Part shown: positions 18,441-28,300 of the stretch, piece after piece
How the letters are laid out: the number at the start of each line of letters is the position of its first letter
Numbering within the stretch: position 1 is the stretch's first letter
Source of the DNA: Tepidisphaera sp.
GTDB lineage: Bacteria > Planctomycetota > Phycisphaerae > Phycisphaerales > UBA1924
Reading direction: 5' to 3'
Length of the DNA: 64,000 nucleotides
NCBI GenBank assembly: GCA_050916045.1
Contig: CP051526.1
Coordinates: 160,001 to 224,000 of the forward strand
Made by a program: the position numbers and the translations under genes
Notes under the pieces: model-generated
What the model saw: only the letters and a program-made list of their open reading frames with translations
Told to the model about the DNA's origin: nothing
Database searches by the model: none

Positions 18441-19322
18441 ATGGCTGTCGGACTTGAACTACGGATGCAGGTTGTGGGCGGGGCGATTCGCGAGATCAGC
18501 CACATCGCGACGCTTCCCGAGATCACGATGAAGATCGTCGAGCTCGTCGAGGACCCCAAGTCAACCGCGCAGGACCTGCACAAGGTGATCTCGTCCGACC
18601 CCGCGCTGTGCAGCCGGATCCTCAAGGTCGTCAACAGCTCGTTCTACGGTCTTCCCGGCCAGATCGCGAGCATCAACCGCGCGATCGTCATGCTCGGCCT
18701 CAACGCGGTCAAGAACATCGCGATCGCGGCAAGCCTGGCCAAGCTCTTCCGCGGCGGCGAGCTCACGACCAGCTTCTCCGCCAAGGACCTCTGGACGCAC
18801 GGCAACGCGACGGCCATCTGCTCCAAGATGCTCGCCGACTCCCTCCGCATGGGCCTCTCCGACGAAGCGTTCCTCGCCGGCCTGATCCACGACATCGGGA
18901 TCATGGTTGAAATGCAGTACGACCGCAACAAGCTGATCGAGGTGTTCGAGAAGATGGGGGACGGCAAGGGTGCCCCGACCGTGAACATGCTCGAGATCGA
19001 GGACGGCATCTTCGGAGCCAACCACCAGGACTTTGGCGCGGGCCTTTGCGAGAAGTGGAAGTTCCCCAAGACCTTCGCGGCGGTGACGGGCTATCACCAT
19101 CGTCCGATGGAGATCGCTCCCGAGAACCGCACGCTGGTGTGCCTGGTGCACATCGCTGACCGCATCGCGGCCGAAGTCGCCGGCGGATTCCGCTTGGACC
19201 TCCTGACGACCGAGATCGACCCGGCGATCCGCGACGAACTCAAGCTCACCGCGGAGAAACTGGCTGAGATCAAGAAAGCCCTGCCGGACCAGATCAAGAA
19301 CAACGGCAGCCTGCTCGGCTGA
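18441..19322 (+). CDS. HDOD domain signalling protein
   Basis: DPALCSRILKVVNS, AIVMLG, AGLIHDIG, WKFP, YHH. Confidence 0.9.
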   Translation: MAVGLELRMQVVGGAIREISHIATLPEITMKIVELVEDPKSTAQDLHKVISSDPALCSRILKVVNSSFYGLPGQIASINRAIVMLGLNAVKNIAIAASLAKLFRGGELTTSFSAKDLWTHGNATAICSKMLADSLRMGLSDEAFLAGLIHDIGIMVEMQYDRNKLIEVFEKMGDGKGAPTVNMLEIEDGIFGANHQDFGAGLCEKWKFPKTFAAVTGYHHRPMEIAPENRTLVCLVHIADRIAAEVAGGFRLDLLTTEIDPAIRDELKLTAEKLAEIKKALPDQIKNNGSLLG

Positions 19323-19346
19323 ACCCCCCTTTCGAGAATGCCAAGT

Positions 19347-19383
19347 GCCGGCCGCGCGACCGCTCGCGCGGCCGCTTTATTTG
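19347..19383 (+). terminator. Intrinsic terminator after HDOD gene
   Basis: CGGCCGCGCGA/TCGCGCGGCCG stem followed by CTTTATTT. Confidence 0.6.
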
Positions 19384-19700
19384 TGCCTCGTGAAGATGGT
19401 CCGGCAAAGCGGCGGTCGTTCTTCCGCGCGTCCGGTCAGATTGCGCTTGAAACGGCCGGGTCAAGGTGCGAAACTGTGGTTGAGGAGCTTCCGTTCTGGC
19501 GGCTTGGTGCGTTCTGCACACTCTGGTTCTGATGCGTTGATTCATCGTGTTCGTTGGGGTATCGGCGGTGACGAATTCGGCGGACGACGCCGTGCGTGAG
19601 CGCCGACATAGAGCCCGGAGCGTCAGTCCGGGTGCAGGGATGCGACTTTGTCGTCGCGCCCGAGAAGCGCTGCTTTGTCCGGCGGCGCAGGAGGTATCGC

Positions 19701-21449
19701 ATGGTCCGGGATCAACTGCGGAATGTGGCAAGCGTGGTCGGAGCGGCGGGTCTGTGCGTGGGTGCGGTCGCCCAGCCTGTCGGGGGAGATGTCACCGTCG
19801 AGACGGCGGCGGTGCTTGTGACAGGCGTCGAGTACGCGGGCATCGGGCGTGTGCGGAACATCATGTCGGTGGATGTGAACGACTCGTGCTGGCTTGCCAC
19901 GCGGGTTGAAGCCCAGATTCCCGGGACCGACAACCGTCGCGAGCTGCTGCTCGCCGGTCCGCACGCGGCGCGGCTTTTCGTCGCGGCGGTGGGGGGCGAA
20001 CTGATCCGCGGCACGGGCCTTCGGGCTCCTTTGTCGGAAGCGTTCAGGCACGCGCAGATTGGCCGGTTTGGTGAGTTGAGCTATCAGGGAAACATGAGCA
20101 ATCCGCAGGGGGTTGCGGCAAGCACGCTGCTCCGGGCGCTGAGCCCCGCCGGCTCGCACTTTGTGCTGGCGCGGGTGGGTGAACAGGCGTTCGGTCAGCC
20201 CGCGGGGGTGACGTACGCCGGCTTTGCTCCCCACGCGATGGGGACCGACGGCATCGCGTGCGTGGCGACACTCGGCGGAGCCGGCGTGACCACTGAGACG
20301 GATGCGGCGATGCTGACGTTCATCGGCGGGGCGCCCCGGCTGGTCCGCGAGGGAGTGCCCATCTCAAGCATCGGCGATCGCACGCTGAGCCTGCCCGAGC
20401 CCGCGAGCGCGTTCCCCACGGTGTGGGGCGTGGCGACAGTCTTTCGCGCGGGAGTGCGAGCGGCACCGGGCGAGACCCCGTCTCCGTCGCTGTTGGCCAC
20501 CGCTCCGGTGCAGATTCTGGCGCAGGCCGGCCAGTCTGCGCCCGGCTTGTCGGGCGTCATGTACCAGTCCTTCCGAGGGTTTCCGAGCGTCGGGTTCGGG
20601 TTCGACGTGGCATACTCGGCGGTGCTGGCGGGTCAGGGCGTGACACCGGCGAACGCGAACTCGGTCTGGCTTCGGAACTACGGGTTGGTTGCGCGGGGAG
20701 AGCAGCGGGCTCCGGATCTTGGCCGGATCGTCTACGCGCGATTCGGATCGGTGGTGGTGCACGGCCGTGAGCGGGGGGTCGTCTTCGCGGCGACGCTCGC
20801 CGGGGATGGCGTGGGCCCGGAGAATGGCTCGGCGCTGTTCGCGGGGCCCGCGGGCGCGCTCCGGCTGGTGGCGCGGATGGGCGATGCGGTGCCGGAAGCC
20901 GGAGACGGCGTGAGGCTGGGCGCGTTCGACGTCGTGAACGAGGAGACCCCGATCTTCGTTAACGCCGGGGGCGACATCGTGTTCCTGAACCGGCTTCGCG
21001 GCGAAACGGTGACGACGGCGAACGACCTGGCGATTTTCGTGCGTGAGCGCGACGGCGAACTTCGGCTGATCGCTCGCGAGGGGAACACGCTTCTCATTAA
21101 CAATCAGGCCCGCACGATCGCCGAGCTTGTGATCTTCGGAGGTAACCAAGCCGGAGCCCCGGGACAGACCAACGGCGAGGATGGCCGGCGCACGATCCTC
21201 AACCGCCACGGCGAGTGCTTCTTCATCGCGAGGTTCACCGACGGCGGCGCGGCTTTGCTCAAGGCGCAAGCCGCGCGTCGCCCGTGTGATGCGGACTTCA
21301 ACGGCGACCGGTTCATCGACTGCTTTGATTACCTCGACTATGTGGAAGCGTTCGAGGCGGGCGACGACAACGCGGATCTCAACCTCGACGCGTTCCTGGA
21401 CTTCTTCGATTACACGCGGTTCGTGGAGCTCTTTGAAGCGGGGTGCTGA
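19701..21449 (+). CDS. Secreted NxxGxxAF-type tandem-repeat protein with GC-type dockerin-like anchor
   Basis: AGGAGG SD; repeats 'LVARxGxxAP', 'NAGGDIVF', 'NRHGECFF'; C-terminus CDADFNGDRFIDCFDY...AGC. Confidence 0.8.
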   Translation: MVRDQLRNVASVVGAAGLCVGAVAQPVGGDVTVETAAVLVTGVEYAGIGRVRNIMSVDVNDSCWLATRVEAQIPGTDNRRELLLAGPHAARLFVAAVGGELIRGTGLRAPLSEAFRHAQIGRFGELSYQGNMSNPQGVAASTLLRALSPAGSHFVLARVGEQAFGQPAGVTYAGFAPHAMGTDGIACVATLGGAGVTTETDAAMLTFIGGAPRLVREGVPISSIGDRTLSLPEPASAFPTVWGVATVFRAGVRAAPGETPSPSLLATAPVQILAQAGQSAPGLSGVMYQSFRGFPSVGFGFDVAYSAVLAGQGVTPANANSVWLRNYGLVARGEQRAPDLGRIVYARFGSVVVHGRERGVVFAATLAGDGVGPENGSALFAGPAGALRLVARMGDAVPEAGDGVRLGAFDVVNEETPIFVNAGGDIVFLNRLRGETVTTANDLAIFVRERDGELRLIAREGNTLLINNQARTIAELVIFGGNQAGAPGQTNGEDGRRTILNRHGECFFIARFTDGGAALLKAQAARRPCDADFNGDRFIDCFDYLDYVEAFEAGDDNADLNLDAFLDFFDYTRFVELFEAGC

Positions 21450-21532
21450 AGCGTCGGGCCTCTGCGTGAGGCGTGAGGTTCATGCGCCGTGATGCGAACG
21501 CGAAGCTAGCCAGGTCGCCCCGGCGAGCTGCT

Positions 21533-24212
21533 TTAGCATCCGCTCTCGAAAGCTCCCACGAAGGCGTCGTAGTCGAAGAAATCGATGAAGCCGTCACGGT
21601 TGAAGTCGGCCACCGGGCCACCGGACTCGAAAGCCGAGACGTAGTCGTCGTAGTCGAAGAAGTCGACGAAGTTGTCGCAGTTGATGTCGACGGGGCAGAT
21701 CGAGAGGGCCGCCGACCGGCTCGTCACATCGCCGCAACTCGTGGTCACGACGCAGTCGTACACGCCCGCGTCCTCATCCTTGGCGTTGATGATGAGAATC
21801 CCGCCCGAGTCAATGAAGATCGAGGAACCGTGCGGTGTCGGCCCCGGGGTGATCGCAACGCCGTTGCGTCGCCACGCCCGCGTCAGGCCGGGATTGTCGT
21901 TGTAGCCGGTCGCCAGGGCACCGACAAACCCTCCGACACCGCCGCGGCAGATGATGGTGGCGACCGGCTGGTCATCCGCCGAGAACCAGGGCTGCCCGGC
22001 CCGGGAGTAGCGGGCGAGGAAGTTGGACTCAATCGCGCCCTGCGTGGGTCCGCCGCTGCTGCCGGGGCCGACGCGGGTGAAGAAACCGCCGACGGTGAGT
22101 TCATCCTGATACAGCGAGATGGTGCTGACCCGGCCGTTGGCTCCGCCATCGACGGGCGTCCACGAGGCGCCGTCCCAGCGAGCGAGGTTGGTGACCGCGG
22201 TTGCGCCCGACGCAGTGAAGGTTCCGCCGGCGTAGAGGAAGGTCCCGTCGGTGTAGAGAGCCGAGACCGAGCCGTTGAACCCGGAGCCGACCTGCTGCCA
22301 CGCGCCGTTGACAAAGCGAGCGACGAAGTTCAGCGGCTGTCCGTTCCCGTCGGCGTTGAAGGAGCCTCCGGCGTAGATCACGCCCCCGAAGCGCTCGACG
22401 GCGTCCACCGTGCCGTTGAAGCCGGGTCCGAACGCCGACCACGTCGCGACGCCCGTGGTGGTGGTGAAGGTGTACTGCGCGATGCGGTTGGCCGCGACGC
22501 CGCCCGCCGTCGTGAAGGATCCGCCCACGACCATCGCCAGGCGCTGCGCGGGGAGCGAGAACGTCTTGAGCGCCCGAGCGCCGTTATTGAGGCCGCCCGA
22601 AGCGTCGAACGGCTGCCAGTTGGTGCCATCGAAACGGGCCAACCGGTTGATGGCGGTGCCGCCCGAAGCCGTGAAGTCGCCCGCGGCCACCGTCTGCCCG
22701 TTGAACCGCGCGAGGGCGCGGACCGTGTTGTTGAATCCGGACCCCATCCGCCGCGTGATGCGGCCGAATCCGTCCGTCACCGGCGCGAGCGTCGCGACCC
22801 GGCTGTGCGGGTCGTCAAACCCGAGCTGGGTGAACGCGCCGGCGACCACGAGGTCATCCGGGATGTTCGCACCACGGAAAACGGGGAGCATGGCCAGCAC
22901 CGCGCCGTCCGGAGATGCGCCGCTTGGGACGGGTTCGTTGCCCGACCAACGCAGGAGATTGGGTGACGCTCCTCCGAGGCGGAACAGCCCGCCCGCGATC
23001 AGATCGCCATTCCAGTTCGCCAGCGAGGACACGCTCGGGAAACTCGTGTCGTCTTCGATCAGTCCGGGCACGTTGATCCACGAAGTTCCGTTCCACGCGG
23101 TCAGACCTTTGACGTCCACGCCGCTCGCCGTGCTCAGGGTGCCGCCGACGTAGAGCGTTCCGCCGAAGGTGGCCAGAGACTTCGGGTACCCGAAGGTCTG
23201 GTTCGTTTCCCCAAAGGACGTCCACTGGGATCCGTTCCAGCGAGCCACCGTTCGGATGGTCGTGTCCGACGCGCTGTCGAGTGAGCCGGTCGCGATGAGG
23301 TCGCCGTTCCAGATGGACAGTGCCTCGATGCTTCCTTCCAGGTCGGGCATGGAAGCCCATCGGGTGCCGTTCCACCGGGCGATGTCCTCGATGGGAGCCC
23401 CGCCGGCCGAACGGAAGGTGCCCGCAGCGATCAGTTCGCCGCCGTGCAGGGCAAGAGCTCTGACTTCCTCGCCGAAGCCGGTTCCGATGCCGCTCCCCAG
23501 GGAGGTCCAGCGCGTACCGTTCCAGCGGGCGATTCCGGGGGTCGAGATCGCGCCCGCCGTGTCGATCGAGCCTGCTGCGATCAGCTCCCCACCGTACACC
23601 GCGAGGGCGCGGACTTCATCGAGTCGGCCGCGCAGGCCGGACGCCAGGGGCCGCCAGCTGACACCGTTCCACGCCGCGATGTTGCGAGCCGTGACCGGGC
23701 CCATGCCCGTGAAGGTGCCCGCCGCGATCAGTTCGCCCGCGTAGACCGTGGTCGCGAGGACCGGACCGTCGAACAGCACGCCCGTGTTCACCCAGTTCGT
23801 CCCGTCAAAGCGAGCGACGTTCACCCTCTGCGATGACTGCCCGATCCCGAAGGTAAAGAGCTCCGCCGTAGGTGACAAGCGATTGCACGCCCCCGTAGTC
23901 AAGCCCTCTGATGTCGTTGAAGCCGCTTCCCAGCGTGGTCCAGTTCGTCCCGTTCCAGGCCGCCACGTTGCGGGCCAGGATTCCTTCGGCTCCCGCGCCG
24001 CCGGCACGCTCAAAGAGCCCCCCGACGATGAGCTGGGGCGGCAGCGGGCCCGCGCCGTCCAGATCGTGCACGAGCATCGCGGCCGCTCGACCTTCGACGC
24101 AGAGCGACGGCGCAGGCATCCACCGTGCACACTGACCGTGCGCGGCCGAAGCCGCGCCAAGAGCCGAATAAAGACCGAACCACAGCACCGCTGAGGGCTT
24201 CATCAAACGCAT
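21533..24212 (-). pseudogene. Large secreted beta-propeller protein with Ig and dockerin-like domains, broken by a 1-nt frameshift near 23863 (pseudogene or sequencing error)
   Basis: The 5' ORF (24212-23805) has a signal peptide and first repeat, the 3' ORF has many 'GELIAAGxF...IARWNGxxW' repeats; junction reads TYGG/ELFTFG across frames. Confidence 0.8.
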
Positions 24213-24472
24213 CGCACGCTCCGGAACCAGACTGATGGAAGGTTGAGGGGGGCAGTCTACCGCGTGAAGCCCCGGCGACCAAGGGGAAAGTCCAAGTCAG
24301 AGCGGGGGCGACGGATTGGAGCCGGCTTGTGGTTTCACAAGCGTGGTGCGACCCGATTCGGGCCTGCGAGGTCGATGGCGGTGCAAAAACGAGCCCAGGC
24401 CGCGGCTCCTCCACCGCGGCCCGGACTGAACAGCGAGATGGATGGGGCGGTGATCACCGCCCGAGGGGGGGC

Positions 24473-24715
24473 TCAGTCCTCGCCGAACTGGGGTTCGACG
24501 ACCGCGTAGGAGTTCTTCTCCTCCTTCAGGCGAGCGGTGTAGATTCGGTTCTCGACCATGGCCGAGCCGAGGCGGTCGCCCGCGCTCATCTGGATGTAGG
24601 CCGGTTCGTCGGAGTCGAACTGCGGAGCCTGGGTCTGCAGCTTGTGGCTGGGCTGGCAGCCCGCGAGGGTGGCGGCGGCGAGAGTGAGGACGAGCAGGGC
24701 ACGCGAACGCTTCAT
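24473..24715 (-). CDS. Small lipoprotein (80 aa)
   Basis: GGAGG SD; MKRSRALLVLTLAAATLAGC lipobox. Confidence 0.75.
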   Translation of the reverse strand: MKRSRALLVLTLAAATLAGCQPSHKLQTQAPQFDSDEPAYIQMSAGDRLGSAMVENRIYTARLKEEKNSYAVVEPQFGED

Positions 24716-24991
24716 GGCAAACCTCCCAGACCGGGTGACACCCGGGGCTTGGGAGGAGATCGGCGAGCCGGTCGAAGGGGAAGCGTCGGGTGAGGGAGCT
24801 TGGGCGAAAGGACGGGGTAGGGCGCGGATTGCGCGGTTTGCGCGGCCGGGATCCGAGCGTCGGTCGCGTCCGGGAAGCCGGCGAGCGTCTTTCTCCGGGG
24901 TTGGAACACGGACCCCGCGAGGGGCGTTATCATCCTCGTCGGGTCGGCCCACTGTTCGGGTCTCGGCCGGATACGCGATCGGGAGATTCGC

Positions 24992-26056
24992 TTGGGTATC
25001 GATCTGCTTTCAGAACGGGCGAGGCGCGTGGCGTCGGTGGCGCAGCGGCTTCGCGTCGTGCAGGCGGAGCTTGCCGACCATCCGGCGGATGAGCGTCGGG
25101 CGATGATGCGCGACGAGATCGAGCTGGTGCTTCGGTCGATGGTGCCCGGTGAGCGGAAGCAGTTCCTGTTCGAGTTGATGGATGCGTTCCCGCTTTTCGG
25201 CGAGGGTTCGTCGGCGCCCGCCGGGGGGTCGGAGGGTCCGGGGCCGGATCGGGCGACGATGGATGCGCTGGCCGCGGCCCAAGCCGAGCTTGCGGCGGCC
25301 AAAAGCGAGCTTTCGAGGTTCAACGACGCGGCGTACGTGACCGAGCGGCTGGTGGAGCTTGCCAAGCGGCTGCCGGATGAGCAGCGGCGTGCGGTGATCA
25401 AGCGTCTGGCGACGGCAGGGTTGTCCGAGGTGCGGACGGTCGAGGTGGCCAAAGCGGAATCGGCGCCGGTCGCTCCGCGGCTGGCCGCGCCCGCTCCGGC
25501 ACCCGTGGCCGCTCCGACCGCGCCCGCTCCGGCCAATATCGCGGCGGACTTCCGCAAAGCGACCGGCCTCACGGACGCGGATCCGATCGATTCGTCGAAA
25601 GCGGCCGAACTTGGGGCGGTGCTTGCGGAGTTCGGCGGCGGGCTTGATGAACTGGTCTGGACCGCGTGGCGGCAGGTCATCGCGCCGCAAAGCAGGATCA
25701 GCCGGCCGGGGCCGCTCAAGCGGACGCTCGGCCAGTTTGTCCGCGGCGACGCGACGGTCAGCCGTCAGCGCGTGATCGACGACGTCAAGCTCCTCCGACT
25801 GATCACCGCGGCGACGATCGCCGCGACAAGCCGGGCGGGCAAGAACTTCGCTCGCAAGCACCTCGTCAAGTTCAGCCCCGACGCGATCAAAGCCGCGACG
25901 GGCGCTTCGGGCTGGGGGGCGCAGGCGAAGTACTGGGCCAAGTACGAGGAACTGGCGGGTGTCCTCACGGAAGACACGATCGAAGCGGAAATCATGCAGA
26001 CCATCGGCGAAGCCGCTCGCGGGCTGGCCGAAGGGAAGGAATCCTCCAAGCCGTGA
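24992..26056 (+). CDS. T6SS-associated protein, TagH/Fha C-terminal-like, no FHA domain
   Basis: First gene of the T6SS run; Pro/Ala linker; C-terminal 'LVKFSPDAIK...AKYWAKYEEL'. Confidence 0.5.
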   Translation: MGIDLLSERARRVASVAQRLRVVQAELADHPADERRAMMRDEIELVLRSMVPGERKQFLFELMDAFPLFGEGSSAPAGGSEGPGPDRATMDALAAAQAELAAAKSELSRFNDAAYVTERLVELAKRLPDEQRRAVIKRLATAGLSEVRTVEVAKAESAPVAPRLAAPAPAPVAAPTAPAPANIAADFRKATGLTDADPIDSSKAAELGAVLAEFGGGLDELVWTAWRQVIAPQSRISRPGPLKRTLGQFVRGDATVSRQRVIDDVKLLRLITAATIAATSRAGKNFARKHLVKFSPDAIKAATGASGWGAQAKYWAKYEELAGVLTEDTIEAEIMQTIGEAARGLAEGKESSKP

Positions 26057-26103
26057 GCGTGAGCTTGCACGGCTGATCGGCGGGCGGGACGAAGGGAAGG
26101 CGT

Positions 26104-27495
26104 ATGGATCTGGTCCACTGGCACGAAGGGTTGTTCCTCCAGCCGCATCATCTCCAGATGCTTCAGCGGCAGGGGCTTGAGCGTTCGGCGCACGATCGCC
26201 GGATCGCCATGCCGTTTTCGTACGGCTTGATCGAAGCCAAGCTCAGCCCCGACGCGCTCGACAACATGATGGTCCGCCTGGACCGTTTTTCGGCGGTCAT
26301 GCCCAGCGGGCTCGTGGTCGACACCGCCGTCAACGCCGATCTGCCGCCGCTTGACATCAAGCAGGCGTTCCAGAAGTCGGCGGATGGGTTCGTGGTCGGC
26401 GTCGCGGTCCCGCTTTGGAACGGACAACGGTCCAACGCCGTGGATCCGCCCAGCGGGAAAGCCAAGCCGGGGGACGACACGCGCGTCCGCAGGCTTTGGC
26501 GGCTTTCGGAGGTCAAGCGATTCGACGAGAACACGGGCGATTCGCCGGTGGATGTGATCGTCCGCCGCGTGAACGCCCGGCTGGTGCTCGAGGGTGACGA
26601 CGCGGAAGGGATGGAGGTGCTCCCGATCCTGCGCGTGGTGCACGGGACGGGCGAGGACAGCGGCGTGCCGCGTCGCGACAGCCGGTTCATCCCGCCATGC
26701 TTTGTGCTCGGCGGGTCGGGCGAGCTTCGCGCGATGCTCCGGGACCTGACGAATCAGGCGGAAGCCTCGCGGAAGGACGTGCTTTTCAAGATGCAGCAGG
26801 GCGGGTTCAACATCGAGACCGCCCGCGGGCCGCAGTTCGAGGACATGCTCCGGCTTCGGACGCTGAACGTCTACGCCGCGCGGCTGAACAGCTTGCAGCA
26901 GGCGATGGGCGTGTCGGGTCTGGGAGTGACGCCGTTCCAGCTGTACATGGAGATGCGGTCGCTGCTTTCCGAGCTTGCGGCTTTGCACCCGGACCGGGAC
27001 ATGTGGGACGTGCCGAAGTACGACCATGACGACCCGGCGGTGGCGTTCTACGACCTTGACGAGAAGATCCGCGGGCTGATCCGCGGCGTGGTCAAGCGGC
27101 GGTTCCAGAAGGTCGAGTTCGTCAAGGATCCGCAGGGGTTCCTCGGCGCGACCCTCACCGACGAACACCTCAAGGACGCTCAGGAGTTCTTCCTCGGCGT
27201 TTCGGGCAAGGAGGATCCGACGGTCCTGGCCCGCCTGGTCGAGGATGCGGACAAGTTCAAGCTGATGCCCAAGAGCATGTGGAAGATGACCTTCTACGGC
27301 GTCAAACTCCAGGAAGAGCGGGCTCCGCAGGGTTTGCCGAGCAAGTCCGGCCTGTACTACTTCAGGTTGAACAAAGCCGAGACGCGGGCGCAGATCTGGG
27401 AGCAGGTCATGCAGCAGAAGGGCCTCGCCGCACGCTGGCCCGAAGCCGAGGGACAGGGCATTCAGGACCTCACCCTCTATATCACCTACGCATGA
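26104..27495 (+). CDS. tssK: T6SS baseplate subunit TssK
   Basis: VHWHEGLFLQPHHLQ, FIPP, YDHDD. Confidence 0.92.
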   Translation: MDLVHWHEGLFLQPHHLQMLQRQGLERSAHDRRIAMPFSYGLIEAKLSPDALDNMMVRLDRFSAVMPSGLVVDTAVNADLPPLDIKQAFQKSADGFVVGVAVPLWNGQRSNAVDPPSGKAKPGDDTRVRRLWRLSEVKRFDENTGDSPVDVIVRRVNARLVLEGDDAEGMEVLPILRVVHGTGEDSGVPRRDSRFIPPCFVLGGSGELRAMLRDLTNQAEASRKDVLFKMQQGGFNIETARGPQFEDMLRLRTLNVYAARLNSLQQAMGVSGLGVTPFQLYMEMRSLLSELAALHPDRDMWDVPKYDHDDPAVAFYDLDEKIRGLIRGVVKRRFQKVEFVKDPQGFLGATLTDEHLKDAQEFFLGVSGKEDPTVLARLVEDADKFKLMPKSMWKMTFYGVKLQEERAPQGLPSKSGLYYFRLNKAETRAQIWEQVMQQKGLAARWPEAEGQGIQDLTLYITYA

Positions 27496-27555
27496 ACGCC
27501 AAGCCGACCCGGGTGGTGATCCCGCCCGGTCGGGCGCGGCGACAAGGACGACGCG

Positions 27556-28248
27556 ATGACGCTGATTGAACTGTGCGAGCCTCTCTTCCAGTACGTGTGC
27601 AAGCTCAATCGCCTCGGCCGTGCCGGCGGCGGCGCGGGCGCGCGGCAGGTGCGTGATGAGATCAAGGGGCTGATCGCCGACATCAAAACGCGGGCCGACC
27701 GCGAGGGACTGGGCGGAGCTTTCGACAAGATCGAGCTTCCGCTGATCTTCTTCGCGGACCACATGGTGCGCGAGAGCAGGCTTTCCGCGATGTGGGGCGC
27801 CCAGGGCGGGTGGAAGAACCTGGCCGAGGACCGGCGCGAGATGGCGGGTGACGAGCGGTTCTGGGATCTCTTGGAAGAGACGCTTTTGGAATCCGGGGAT
27901 TCGGCCAACCAGCGCCTCGCGGTCTTTCACGCGATGATCGGCCTGGGTTTCACCGGGATCTACATGAACCAGCCGGACCATCTGCGCAAGAAGATGCGCG
28001 AGATCGCGGCGCGGGTCCGCGGGCTTTCGGAAAGCGACCAGACCGGCCGGATCACGCCCGACGCTTACGAGAACGTGGACACGCGGGTGCTGACGCAGCC
28101 GCCGGCCCGCAAGATCGTGGGATTCGTGATCGGGCTGGTGGGGATGATCGCGGTGCTGGTGGTGTCGTACGTGGTGACGTTCCGGTCGGTGACGGGCCAG
28201 CTGAACGACAAGCTCGCCGAGATCAAGACGACGGACGCGAAGAAGTGA
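27556..28248 (+). CDS. tssL: T6SS membrane subunit TssL (DotU), no OmpA domain
   Basis: AGDERFW, IGLGFTGIY, C-terminal TM helix. Confidence 0.88.
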   Translation: MTLIELCEPLFQYVCKLNRLGRAGGGAGARQVRDEIKGLIADIKTRADREGLGGAFDKIELPLIFFADHMVRESRLSAMWGAQGGWKNLAEDRREMAGDERFWDLLEETLLESGDSANQRLAVFHAMIGLGFTGIYMNQPDHLRKKMREIAARVRGLSESDQTGRITPDAYENVDTRVLTQPPARKIVGFVIGLVGMIAVLVVSYVVTFRSVTGQLNDKLAEIKTTDAKK

Positions 28249-28300
28249 AGAAACCGGTGAACCAACCGGGCTCCCTCGTGGGCCCGCGGAGCCAAGCGGC

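Noticed and set aside
24473..24715. Small lipoprotein as TssJ
   Set aside because: Only ~60 mature residues, opposite strand, no TssJ motifs; kept only as a possible functional substitute
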